DNA of 64,000 nt from Deltaproteobacteria bacterium. GTDB taxonomy: Bacteria; Desulfobacterota; Binatia; UBA1149; CAYXZP01. The stretch's first letter is position 1, and each line of letters opens with the position of its first letter. Positions 37,959 to 47,091 of this stretch are shown piece after piece. The DNA lies in the NCBI GenBank assembly GCA_046583395.1, contig JAYGCK010000033.1, positions 722 through 64,721 of the forward strand, written 5' to 3'. A model generated the notes under the pieces. The model saw nothing but the letters and a program-made list of their open reading frames with translations. It was not told the DNA's origin and ran no database searches. The translations under genes and the position numbers were made by a program.

Positions 37959-37975
37959 GGCTCTTTGTACCGGCC

Positions 37976-38374
37976 TTAGTGCTTGGTATCGCCGGCCGGC
38001 ACCTCGCAGTCGACGCAGTAGTACCGGTCGCCCAAGAGGCGGTGGTCGTGCTCGAGTTTGATGGCCAGCGTGAGCACCCGCTCCATACCCGACGGACTAC
38101 CGGGCTCATACGGACGGTCGGTCAGTTCGATGTGGACCACGGCGCGGCCGTCACCACCGTCTTCGACCTTAAAGATCCCCGGATATTCCCCGGTCCGCGC
38201 GGCCACAACGCCCAGCAAGGGAAGAAGCTGTTTCCACAGTGACTGCAGACCGGCACCGAGAACGAGAGCGCGGGGGTCGGCCTTGGCACGCAAAGCTTTG
38301 GCGGCCGCACGCAAGGGGGCATCGGTGGCCTCGACCTCACCCTCGTCGCGTTCTTTTACCTCCTTGGCGTCCAT
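37976..38374 (-). CDS. Hypothetical protein with a C-terminal CxxC (132 aa)
   Basis: 18 bp upstream of the Mo-oxidoreductase gene on the same strand; ends ...YYCVDCEVPAGDTKH. Confidence 0.35.
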   Translation of the reverse strand: MDAKEVKERDEGEVEATDAPLRAAAKALRAKADPRALVLGAGLQSLWKQLLPLLGVVAARTGEYPGIFKVEDGGDGRAVVHIELTDRPYEPGSPSGMERVLTLAIKLEHDHRLLGDRYYCVDCEVPAGDTKH

Positions 38375-38457
38375 ACCTTTGGATTAAGCACTGCGCCGGG
38401 CCGCCCAAGGCCGCCCCCTTTAAACGACGCCGGCGCGAGCCTGCTATTCGAGGCGGC

Positions 38458-39447
38458 TTAGGACCGGGCCAGTTCGAGGACTCGTGCGGTCGGTCCCGAA
38501 CGGTTCATGCAATAGAAATGAACACCGGGAACACCGGCATCGAGAAGCCGGCGCACGACACCGGCCACGTGCTCCTCGGCCACGCGCGCTTCCTCGGACT
38601 CGGATGACGCCCGACCGAGCCGGCCGGCGAAATCGTCGGGGATGGATATCCTCAACTCGGGACCGACGAAACGCTCGACCTGCCGCAGACGGTCGAGCGG
38701 CAATATGCCGGGCACTATCGGCACCTCTATGCCGGCCTTGCGCGCGGCATCAACGAAATCGAAGTACAGGCGGTCATCGAAGAGCATCTGACAGATGACG
38801 TAATCGGCACCGGCCTCCACCTTGGCCTTGAGGAACCCGAGGTAGCGCTCCATGCTGGCGCCCGGGCCGTCGGCCTCTCGATAGTCGTCGGGATGGACCT
38901 CGGGAAAACCCGCCACCCCGACCCCGAAAGAGGTCTTGATTCCCTCGCGCGAGCTTTGGCCCTTGTCGTCGAGCCATAGGCCGCGATTCATCGATGCTAT
39001 CTGGCCAACCAGGTCGGAGGCGTAGCGGTGGCGCAGCTCGGCCGGCACATGGTCGGCGCGGCCCTGGGGCGGGTCACCGCCCAGCGCCAGGATATTGTTG
39101 AGGCCGTCGAGGTGCAGCGAGCGCAGGATGTTTTCTATATCGCCGCGCGTCTTGCCCTGTATGTTGAGGTGGACGACCGTGGGAATATCGAAACGTTCGT
39201 GGATTATCCGGCTTATCGAGGAGGTCCCGCCGCGTGGGCTGCCAAGCGCGCCCCATGTGGTGGTCACCACTCGAACCCCGTGGGGGATAAGTTCGCCGAC
39301 AGCGTCGAGGATGCGGTCTATCGACCGGAAGTTCTCCGTCGGAAAGGTCTCGGCGGAGAGCACCGGCCAGTTGGCCGGATCCTTGTACAGGGAGGCGACT
39401 TCCATTGCGCAGGACTGGCCATGATATACTACTAGGCGGTCCGCCAC
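38458..39447 (-). CDS. metF: Methylenetetrahydrofolate reductase
   Basis: MTHFR TIM-barrel motifs (FPEVHPD, ICQMLFD). Confidence 0.85.
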   Translation of the reverse strand: MADRLVVYHGQSCAMEVASLYKDPANWPVLSAETFPTENFRSIDRILDAVGELIPHGVRVVTTTWGALGSPRGGTSSISRIIHERFDIPTVVHLNIQGKTRGDIENILRSLHLDGLNNILALGGDPPQGRADHVPAELRHRYASDLVGQIASMNRGLWLDDKGQSSREGIKTSFGVGVAGFPEVHPDDYREADGPGASMERYLGFLKAKVEAGADYVICQMLFDDRLYFDFVDAARKAGIEVPIVPGILPLDRLRQVERFVGPELRISIPDDFAGRLGRASSESEEARVAEEHVAGVVRRLLDAGVPGVHFYCMNRSGPTARVLELARS

Positions 39448-39504
39448 GAAAAGCGCCGGCTAGAGCCAGCGGCGCTACACGACCGAACACAGGTCCCCTA
39501 ACGT

Positions 39505-40674
39505 ATGGCCCAGATTCACGACATCCTGATGCCGCAGCTCAACGTCAACGACGAGACCGCGGTACTGCTCGAGTGGTTGGTCGAACACGGTAGCGAGGTC
39601 AGCCCGGGACAGGCTATCTGTGAGGTCGAGACCTCCAAGAGCACGGCCGAGCTCGAGGCCGAACACGAGGGAGTGCTCTTCCACACGGCCGAGCCCGCCA
39701 CCACCTTAAAGGTCAGCGAGCGGATCGGACTGATCGGACCGGATCTGGCCTCCATCGAGGCCAAGCTGACCCGCGACGCCGACGAGGCCAGCAAGGCCAA
39801 GGCCAAAAAAGGTGGGGACGCTCCACGCGCCACTCCGAGCGCACGTGCGCTGGCGGCCGAGCACGGGGTGGCGCTCGAGGACATCGCCGCACTCGGAGTG
39901 CGGGGAAGCATCAAAGAGACCGACGTCCGCCGCTATCTCGACCAACGGGGCCCGGCCCCCGAAGGGCCCAGCGCCGGCGGACCGCCGCCGGGTCTCCTCG
40001 AACTGGTCGAGGACGAGGGACCGCTTTCCAGGCACGAACGCTCCGTAGCCGACAACCTACGCCGCTCGGTCGACAGCGTGCTGCTGACCAGTCTGGACCG
40101 CGAGATCGACCTCACCGACATCAAAGCCGGTCTGGAACGAGCACGAGCCAACAAGACCATGGTCAGCATACTCCACCTTGCGATTGCCGCGCTGGGCCGG
40201 ACCCTGGGCCGGTACCCGCGGCTGATGAGCTTCGTAGAGGGCGGACGGGTATTCGTTTACCGCTCGGTTAACATCGCGCTCGTGGTGCGGACCCAGGACG
40301 GCAAGTTGTTCACGCCGGTGGTCCGCGATGTCGATGGGCTCGACCTGGTAGCCACGGGCAAGGCCTGCCTCCAGTCGACCCTGGCCGTCAACCGCGGGCA
40401 GCTACGACCCGAGGACCTCGAAGGCGCCTGCTTCACGGTCTCGCACATCCCGACCTCTTCGGTGACCCGTTTCGTAGCCCTGCCCAACCGTTATCAGTCT
40501 GCAATCCTGGCCATCTCGGGCGAACGCCCGGTGGCCGCCATCATCGACGGCAATCTTGCTGAGCGGCCGACGGCCACGCTAACCTTGAGCTACGACCATC
40601 AGCTCTGCGACGGCATGTACGCCGCCGACTTCCTCGACACACTGGTAAGCGAAATGGAGAACATGCTCGATTGA
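39505..40674 (+). CDS. 2-oxoacid dehydrogenase E2 component (dihydrolipoamide acyltransferase)
   Basis: Lipoyl domain (ICEVETSKSTAELEAE), E3-binding domain (SPSARALAAEHGVALEDIAALGVRGSIKETDVRRYL) and a catalytic domain with DHQLCDG. Confidence 0.8.
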   Translation: MAQIHDILMPQLNVNDETAVLLEWLVEHGSEVSPGQAICEVETSKSTAELEAEHEGVLFHTAEPATTLKVSERIGLIGPDLASIEAKLTRDADEASKAKAKKGGDAPRATPSARALAAEHGVALEDIAALGVRGSIKETDVRRYLDQRGPAPEGPSAGGPPPGLLELVEDEGPLSRHERSVADNLRRSVDSVLLTSLDREIDLTDIKAGLERARANKTMVSILHLAIAALGRTLGRYPRLMSFVEGGRVFVYRSVNIALVVRTQDGKLFTPVVRDVDGLDLVATGKACLQSTLAVNRGQLRPEDLEGACFTVSHIPTSSVTRFVALPNRYQSAILAISGERPVAAIIDGNLAERPTATLTLSYDHQLCDGMYAADFLDTLVSEMENMLD

Positions 40675-41603
40675 ACGCTGCGGCCAAAATCGGGATTACC
40701 GTCCCGACCTGCGACCGTAGTTCGAGTGACGGCCAGCTCTACGGGCTCATGGCCGCCATACGCGGCTTCGAAGAGTCCCTGCTGGCGATGTTCGACAAGG
40801 GACTGCTGGTGGGTACGACCCATACCTGTCTCGGCCAGGAGGCCACCGCGGTGGGAGTGCTCTCAGCGCTCGACCTGACGACCGACATCGTGTTCAGCAA
40901 CCATCGCGGGCATGGTCATTTTCTGGCCTATTGCGGCCAACTCGAACGGCTATACCTAGAAGTCATGGGCAAACCCGACGGCGTCGTCGGTGGCCGTGGC
41001 GGAAGCCAGCACCTCTATCACCACAACTTCTACTCCAACGGCGTGCAAGGCGGCATAACCCCGGTAACGGCCGGCATGGCTCTGGCCGAGAAGATACGCG
41101 GCAGCAAGGCGGTTGCCGTGGTCTTTCTCGGCGACGGAACGCTCGGCGAGGGCGTGGTCTACGAATCGATGAACCTGGCCTCACTGTGGGAGCTTCCGGT
41201 CCTCTTCGTCATCGAAAACAACCACTACGCCCAGAGCACCCCGTTCCAGTTGCAGGTCGCGGGCGCGATTAGCGCCAGACCGGCCGCCTTCGATATCGAA
41301 ACGACCGAGCACAAGACCACCGACGTCCGCCTGCTGCGCGAGGCTGCCACGGCCGCCGTGGACCGGATACGCGGTGATTCACGGCCCCGCTGTCTGATCA
41401 TCGAGGACTATAGGCTTGGACCACACAGCAAGGGCGACGACAACCGCGACGAAAGTGAAATAAAGGCGGCCTGGGAACTGGACCCGTTGAAAGTACTGGC
41501 CGCCGAGCTTGGGGGCGGGTCCGCCGAGTTTGGGGCCGCATCGGCGGCCATAGTCGAGAGCGCCCGCGAAAAGGCATTGGCGGCACCAGTCTATGAAGCC
41601 TAG
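40671..41603 (+). CDS. TPP-dependent dehydrogenase E1 component alpha subunit
   Basis: E1-alpha motifs (FSNHRGHGHFL, TPP-binding GDG...N). Confidence 0.85.
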   Translation: MNAAAKIGITVPTCDRSSSDGQLYGLMAAIRGFEESLLAMFDKGLLVGTTHTCLGQEATAVGVLSALDLTTDIVFSNHRGHGHFLAYCGQLERLYLEVMGKPDGVVGGRGGSQHLYHHNFYSNGVQGGITPVTAGMALAEKIRGSKAVAVVFLGDGTLGEGVVYESMNLASLWELPVLFVIENNHYAQSTPFQLQVAGAISARPAAFDIETTEHKTTDVRLLREAATAAVDRIRGDSRPRCLIIEDYRLGPHSKGDDNRDESEIKAAWELDPLKVLAAELGGGSAEFGAASAAIVESAREKALAAPVYEA

Positions 41604-42645
41604 TACGGCCAAAGCAGTGGCGCGCGCTGAGACCGCGCTAAGCTCCCTCAATCAGTCCCTGCACGAGATGATGGAGAACGATGAGCGGGTCCTGCTCCTC
41701 GGCGAGGACATCCTCGACCCCTACGGCGGAGCCTTCAAGGTAACCAAGGGCTTATCGGACCGTTTTCCCGAGCGGGTCTTTACCACTCCCATCTCCGAGT
41801 CGGCCATCGTCGGCATGGCCAACGGTTTGGCCATGCGCGGCTTGCGGCCCATAGCCGAGATTATGTTCGGCGACTTTCTGGCTCTTGCCGCCGACCAACT
41901 CATCAACCACGCGGCCAAGTTCCGCTGGATGTACAACGAGGGGGTCACCGTACCGATGGTCGTGCGTGCTCCGGTCGGTGCCCGCCGCGGCTACGGCCCG
42001 ACCCACAGCCAGTCACTCGAAAAACACTTCATCGGAGTTCCCGGGCTCATGGTCGTGGCCCCGCATATACTTGGCGACCCGGGCGCGCTGCTAAGACAGG
42101 CCACACTCGATTGCGACGAGCCCGTGGTGTTCGTCGAGAGCAAGCTCTGTTACGGGCGCCAGCTCGTCACCAATGTCGCCGGTGCGACGGTCGAACTGCT
42201 CGCCACCGATGCCGCCCCCTTCCCGACCAGTTATTTGCACCACGATGAGGCCGAGACCGGCCCGGACGCCATCCTTCACTGCTACGGGGCGATGACGCCC
42301 TTTTGTTTGGAGGCTGTGGAAAAATTGCGGGAAGAAGAAGGCCTATTCGTCGACCTTGCCGTGTTCACACAGCTCTCGTCGGTCCCGGGCGACCACATCG
42401 AGCACATCTTCGGCACCCGCAAACCGGCGCTATGCATCTACGCTGAAGAGGCCAGCCCCAGCGGTGGCTGGGGAGCCGAACTGATCGCCCGTTACGAGCA
42501 GGCCCGCACCGGCGCGGGCGCACCGGCTATCCGTCACGAACGGGTCGCAGGCGACGACGTGCCGATTGCCGGCAGCCGTGAGCTCGAGACCGCCTGCCTC
42601 CCGCAGACCGACGACATCGTCGGCCGTATCTTGGACTGCTTCTAG
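41593..42645 (+). CDS. Alpha-ketoacid dehydrogenase E1 component beta subunit
   Basis: Transketolase-like pyrimidine-binding and C-terminal domains; overlaps the E1-alpha stop. Confidence 0.85.
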   Translation: MKPSTAKAVARAETALSSLNQSLHEMMENDERVLLLGEDILDPYGGAFKVTKGLSDRFPERVFTTPISESAIVGMANGLAMRGLRPIAEIMFGDFLALAADQLINHAAKFRWMYNEGVTVPMVVRAPVGARRGYGPTHSQSLEKHFIGVPGLMVVAPHILGDPGALLRQATLDCDEPVVFVESKLCYGRQLVTNVAGATVELLATDAAPFPTSYLHHDEAETGPDAILHCYGAMTPFCLEAVEKLREEEGLFVDLAVFTQLSSVPGDHIEHIFGTRKPALCIYAEEASPSGGWGAELIARYEQARTGAGAPAIRHERVAGDDVPIAGSRELETACLPQTDDIVGRILDCF

Positions 42646-42656
42646 AGAGCCGGCGC

Positions 42657-43274
42657 TCAGTCGTCGGCCGCCAGCCGTTTATCGACCACGTGGCGGTAGA
42701 AGCGAAGCTCCTGTGCACCCGGGATAGGCAAGATACCGTCCACCACAACAGTGGGAACGCTGGAGATTCCGGCACGCGTGGCCTCCATATGCTCGGCCAC
42801 GACCAGTTCGGCCAGACCTTGGTCGTCCAGGTCTCGTACAAAGTCGGCGGCCTCGAGTCCGCAGGCCCGGGCAAGCTCCGTGGCCGTAGCCGGGTCGGTC
42901 ACGTCGCGGTTGTCGTAGAAGTAGGCCTTCATCATGGCCAGATGGTAGGCGGCGAAGGCCCCTTGCCGGGCGGCGGCCTTCAGGGCTACCTGCCCGGGGA
43001 TAGAGTGCGAGGGCGCCGGTTCATCAGTGGCCCACTCACGGAACTCGGGCGCACCCGGGACCGAGGCCGGCCTCCGCCATGAGCGGGTATAACGCCTGAA
43101 CTTTTCCAACGGCTTGGGCTCGGGGTTGGGACGCAACAGGAAGCTCTTCCACTCAAGTTCGAGGGTATCGGGATATTCGGTGGTGAGTTCGGCGAGACCG
43201 ACGGCCGCCACATAGCACCACGGTCAAAGAGGGTCCGAATAGACCGTGAACCTTACTGTACGATGGCCGGGCAT
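42657..43274 (-). CDS. FrnE/DsbA-like thiol-disulfide oxidoreductase, predicted selenoprotein (in-frame TGA at 43224..43226 read as Sec; active site U-P-W-C)
   Basis: The ORF track gives only 42657..43211, starting at GTG just after PWCY. In the same frame upstream, ATG(43274)-MPGHRTVRFTVYSDPL-TGA-PWCYVAAVGLAEL... reproduces the DsbA/FrnE N-terminus (...VySD.xCPwCY.g...EvEW.sF.L.P) with TGA in place of the first Cys. The ATG lies 3 bp after the stop of the upstream gene. A candidate hairpin starts 12 nt 3' of the TGA. Confidence 0.65.
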
Positions 43275-43277
43275 CGT

Positions 43278-43994
43278 TTAGGACATGGTCTCGAGATGGC
43301 CGCGCAGGCGGCCGGCGTTGCGAAACCTCTTGGTGATGAGGGACCGTTTCAGCCCGCAGCAAATCGATTTTATCTCGGGGGGCTGCTTGGCGTAGTGACG
43401 CGCGCCGCCGGTCGCGTCGTAGAGCAGGCGGATCAAAGAGCAAACATCGTCGTCAAAGTGTTCGCGGGTGGCCCTGCCCCAGTGGAACATATCGACGACC
43501 TTGACGCGGAAACCGAGCCCGCGCCGGTTCACTATGATGTTATCCGAGTGGAGGTCGCCGTGGTACTCGCCCTGTCCGTGCATCTCCTCTATCCCGCAGG
43601 TGAGAGCGTAAAGCAGGTGCAAGGCCTCGAAGGGGTGCAAGCGTTTGCCCCGCTGACGGTTGAGCATGTCGGTGAGAAGCTCGCCACGCACGTACTCCGA
43701 CACGAGAAAGGGTATGTCCTGGCCCTGCCAACGGAAGGCCTCCTGGGTGTGATACTGGATTAGTATCGAACAGTCGCGGAGTTTGTTGAGCTTTTTGGCG
43801 TAGAAGTTGATGGCCCGGTTGCCCGGGTTGCGCTTGGGATAGAAGAACTTGGCCGCACGCTCGATACCCGTAGCGGCCTCGGTCACATGATAGACCTCAC
43901 CTTCCCAGCCCTGTCCGAGAAGTTCGCCGACCACATACTTGCGCGCGAGTTTGCGTCCGGGCCGGAGCCCGAAGGATTCGAGTCCATTGGCCAA
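43278..43994 (-). CDS. Small atypical protein-kinase-like protein (PKL fold)
   Basis: Gly-rich loop LGQGWEGEVY, conserved Lys (RAAKFF), catalytic-loop HGDLHSDNIIV and a DMF motif in place of DFG. The 238-aa size is like RIO/Bud32/Kdo-kinase-type minimal kinases. Confidence 0.55.
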   Translation of the reverse strand: MANGLESFGLRPGRKLARKYVVGELLGQGWEGEVYHVTEAATGIERAAKFFYPKRNPGNRAINFYAKKLNKLRDCSILIQYHTQEAFRWQGQDIPFLVSEYVRGELLTDMLNRQRGKRLHPFEALHLLYALTCGIEEMHGQGEYHGDLHSDNIIVNRRGLGFRVKVVDMFHWGRATREHFDDDVCSLIRLLYDATGGARHYAKQPPEIKSICCGLKRSLITKRFRNAGRLRGHLETMS

Positions 43995-43999
43995 TATCG

Positions 44000-44698
44000 T
44001 CAGGCCGGGGGTTCCGGAAGGTCCTCGGCGAGTCCGGCCCTCACACGGGCCGCGGTCGCAGAACGCAAGGCTTCCTTGCTCTTGGCAAAGGCACGGGCCG
44101 ACAGCGCGGCCATACCCTCGGCCTCTCCGAGAGCCCGGTCGAGCAAGCTGTCGCCGTCAACGACCTCGTCGGCGTAGCCGGCGTCTACAGCCTCGGCGGG
44201 CGAATATAGGCGGGCGCGCAAAGTGGCGTCGCTCAGATGGCGCCTGGAAAGGCGGTCGTTGGCCAGCTGTATCGCAAAATCGGGAAGCTCCATGCCGATG
44301 GCGACCTCGTTGAGGCCAATCTTAAAATCGCCGGCCGTCACCAGCCGGTAATCACCGACCATGACGATGAGAGAACCGAGAGCCACGGCATGCCCGGTGC
44401 AGGCCACAACGACGGGCTGCGGATGCATGTAAAGGTCTACCAGGAAGTTCGCGCCCTGCTTTACCAGCCGGACGAGCTCGCCGATGTCATCGCCGCGCAT
44501 TACCGACAAGTCGAAGCCCCCCGAGAAGCGTCCGGGCCGGCCCATGAGAACCACGGCCTCGGCCTCTTCGGTGGCGGCGGCCAACATGCGCGACAGCTCG
44601 TCGAGAACGGCGAAGGAAACGGCGTTGGCCTTGCCGTCATCGAGCGTGATGACGGCAACGTTACCTTCTATCCTGTAGCTTGGGCTGGTCTGCGACAC
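44000..44698 (-). CDS. Enoyl-CoA hydratase/isomerase (crotonase) family protein
   Basis: Crotonase-fold N-terminus (IEGNVAVITLDDGKANAVS) with oxyanion-hole regions. Confidence 0.8.
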   Translation of the reverse strand: MSQTSPSYRIEGNVAVITLDDGKANAVSFAVLDELSRMLAAATEEAEAVVLMGRPGRFSGGFDLSVMRGDDIGELVRLVKQGANFLVDLYMHPQPVVVACTGHAVALGSLIVMVGDYRLVTAGDFKIGLNEVAIGMELPDFAIQLANDRLSRRHLSDATLRARLYSPAEAVDAGYADEVVDGDSLLDRALGEAEGMAALSARAFAKSKEALRSATAARVRAGLAEDLPEPPA

Positions 44699-44746
44699 GG
44701 TCCGAGGCTGGAATATCCGACCCCCGGATTGGAAGCAATATCAGTG

Positions 44747-45448
44747 CTAGCGAAGTTCGCCGAACAACGCTTCGATGCGGGCGGCGTTGGCGCCGAGGTC
44801 CCCGCGCCCGTCTCGTGATTTCGAGCGAACGTCAATCCGTGAACCGTCGCCCTCGGCGCGCACGCGCACGACCACATCATCGACAAACCGGAATATTCGG
44901 GTGCTCGATGTTGCCTCGATGCGGCCGGCGGCAGGGTCGAGAGTGATGATATCGGTGCGCGGCATACTCAACAGCGCCGCCTCGACCTTGGCCACAGCCT
45001 CACCGGGCGGCCAGTCGCTCAGGAGCGAGCCGAGACCAGGGTAGGCATCGGTCTGCTGGTCGGCGAACTCGGCGCCGGGGTAGGACATGTCGCGCCCGTG
45101 GTTGGCCTCGAGCTCGGCCACCTTGGCAAAAGCGGGAGGGTCGGCGGTATCCGTAGTGATATCGTTAATCGGCGGCAGCCCGAGCCCGGCCCCTCCGGCC
45201 CCGACCGTGACCGCAAGCGCGGCCAACCCAAGCACCAAGGAGCGGCGGGCCTGTCGATGTCCGCCTATCATCGCCACCCCGCCGGCCACGACAGCGGTCA
45301 GACCCAACGGCAAGCTAAGACCAAAGATGGCAAACCCGGTCATCGGCGCGGCCAATCCGGCCGCGCACAAGGCGGGCCCCACGACCAAGACAACGAGCGC
45401 GCCGCGTGCGGCTAACCGGGCGATCTGCTCAGACAACGCCACTGACAA
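44747..45448 (-). CDS. DUF1499 domain-containing membrane protein
   Basis: N-terminal TM helices followed by a DUF1499-like region (PPINDITTDTADPP). Confidence 0.5.
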   Translation of the reverse strand: MSVALSEQIARLAARGALVVLVVGPALCAAGLAAPMTGFAIFGLSLPLGLTAVVAGGVAMIGGHRQARRSLVLGLAALAVTVGAGGAGLGLPPINDITTDTADPPAFAKVAELEANHGRDMSYPGAEFADQQTDAYPGLGSLLSDWPPGEAVAKVEAALLSMPRTDIITLDPAAGRIEATSSTRIFRFVDDVVVRVRAEGDGSRIDVRSKSRDGRGDLGANAARIEALFGELR

Positions 45449-46886
45449 AATTACCGTGGAAGCCCATCGGGATTCGGTGCTCTAAGTGCGCCCTGGCTAT
45501 AGGACCTACCACCAGGTCGGTCGCATCGAACACCGCCACGTAGCTCCCGTCCTGGGGCGCATCGTACACGACCGAGAGCAAAAAACCATCGCCCTCCGGG
45601 CTATCCGCCGAACGCGGCACGAACACCGGTTCGCCCGGGAACTGGCCCTGGCCGAAGTCGTAGTAGGCAGACGTGCCCCCTTGGCGGTCGTAACGGCACA
45701 GCGAGCCACCTGCCAGCGGCGAACCGGACGGACCTTCAACCAGCGCAAAGCCGTAACGGTTCTTGTAGCCGGCCAGGCGTTCGTCGAGCTTGGGAAACTC
45801 GGCACTGCGGTCGCCCAAGCGCGTCTCGCGACAGGTCCCCCCCTCGAGGTCGAACTCGTAGAGGTATGGGTAGGCACCGGTAGCTATGCCGAGTTGGTCG
45901 CCCCTCGCCGCCGATAGGGTGTCGAGCAGGCCGGCGCCGTCAAGATAGGAACAGGCATCCATGTAGACCTTGCCCTCCTCCTCGTAGGCGTTGCCAGTGT
46001 GGAAGATGAAGGCCGGAGTGGGCGCGTCGAACCAGCGTACCGCGCTTCCCGCTTCGCGCCGCCGTATGCCGAACCTGAGGCCCTTGTCGGGTTGCCAGCT
46101 AACGCATTCGCCGAAGCTTCCACCGGCCATCAGCCGTTCACCGTCGATGACGGTGGGGCAAAGCAACAGGATGATGTGGTTCTCGGTGATGGCGATGTCG
46201 TGCATCATCACCGGATAAGGCGCGGCGACCGGCTCGGCCAGCGAGGCGCGGCCATCGGGTTCGACAACGTAGACCTGGTAGTAGGGCTCGAAAGGTTGAT
46301 AACCGTGTATGACCATCTGCCCGGTCCTGCCGTCGATGTGCGGATGAGCACTCACGCTCATGCCCAGACGCTCGCAACCAAAGTCGGTCTCGCCACGCGG
46401 GTCCAGGCTCAGACCGTCTATTTCGAATGGCCAGGCGTTCTCGACCAAGGCCATCAGCTTGCCGCCATGATGGACCACGTTGGTGTTGTGCTGCTGCCGA
46501 ATGGACACCCGCTCGGTAGGGTTGTCGACCTGGACACCCACCGAGTTCATGCAGAACCGCCCCACCTCGGCCTCGACCAGAAAGCTCTCGTTCCTTACGA
46601 AACGTCCGCGGTAAGCGACCCGCCCGTCCTCAAAACGGAAGGCGTGAACCATGCCGTCACCGTCAAAGAGGTGCAGGGCCTCGTAACCGCCCTCGGGAAG
46701 GATGTGTTGTGAGGGTCCGTTGCGATAAAGGCTGCCGTTGAGCTCACGCGGAATCTCGCCATCGACCCGTTCTATGACGTATGCCTTCTCGTCGTGGGAG
46801 GGCCTCCACAAATTGCTCATCCAATGCTCGGGACCGAGACCCAAGGGGGCCAGAGGATCCGTGCCGCTAAGTGCCGTTTGCGTCAT
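45429..46886 (-). CDS. Carotenoid oxygenase family protein (RPE65 / lignostilbene dioxygenase-like)
   Basis: His-ligand-bearing motifs including HDIAITENHIILL; the start is set at the internal Met (MTQTALSG). Confidence 0.8.
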   Translation of the reverse strand: MTQTALSGTDPLAPLGLGPEHWMSNLWRPSHDEKAYVIERVDGEIPRELNGSLYRNGPSQHILPEGGYEALHLFDGDGMVHAFRFEDGRVAYRGRFVRNESFLVEAEVGRFCMNSVGVQVDNPTERVSIRQQHNTNVVHHGGKLMALVENAWPFEIDGLSLDPRGETDFGCERLGMSVSAHPHIDGRTGQMVIHGYQPFEPYYQVYVVEPDGRASLAEPVAAPYPVMMHDIAITENHIILLLCPTVIDGERLMAGGSFGECVSWQPDKGLRFGIRRREAGSAVRWFDAPTPAFIFHTGNAYEEEGKVYMDACSYLDGAGLLDTLSAARGDQLGIATGAYPYLYEFDLEGGTCRETRLGDRSAEFPKLDERLAGYKNRYGFALVEGPSGSPLAGGSLCRYDRQGGTSAYYDFGQGQFPGEPVFVPRSADSPEGDGFLLSVVYDAPQDGSYVAVFDATDLVVGPIARAHLEHRIPMGFHGNFVSGVV

Positions 46887-47091
46887 CTTGCTTGGTCCTG
46901 TGTGTCGAGGCCGTTGCTCGGACCGGCGGCCACCAGCACCCTGCTCCTGGTCTGGTCGCGTTCGCCCTGGCTCAGGGAGGGTCTCGCCGTGGGTTTTCAT
47001 TCACAACGTAAATAAAACTCTGTCAAGCCCGGCCCCACCCCGTCCGGACCGGCCTTTTGACCGCCCGGGGCCTGGGGCCTAGGTTAGCCGC

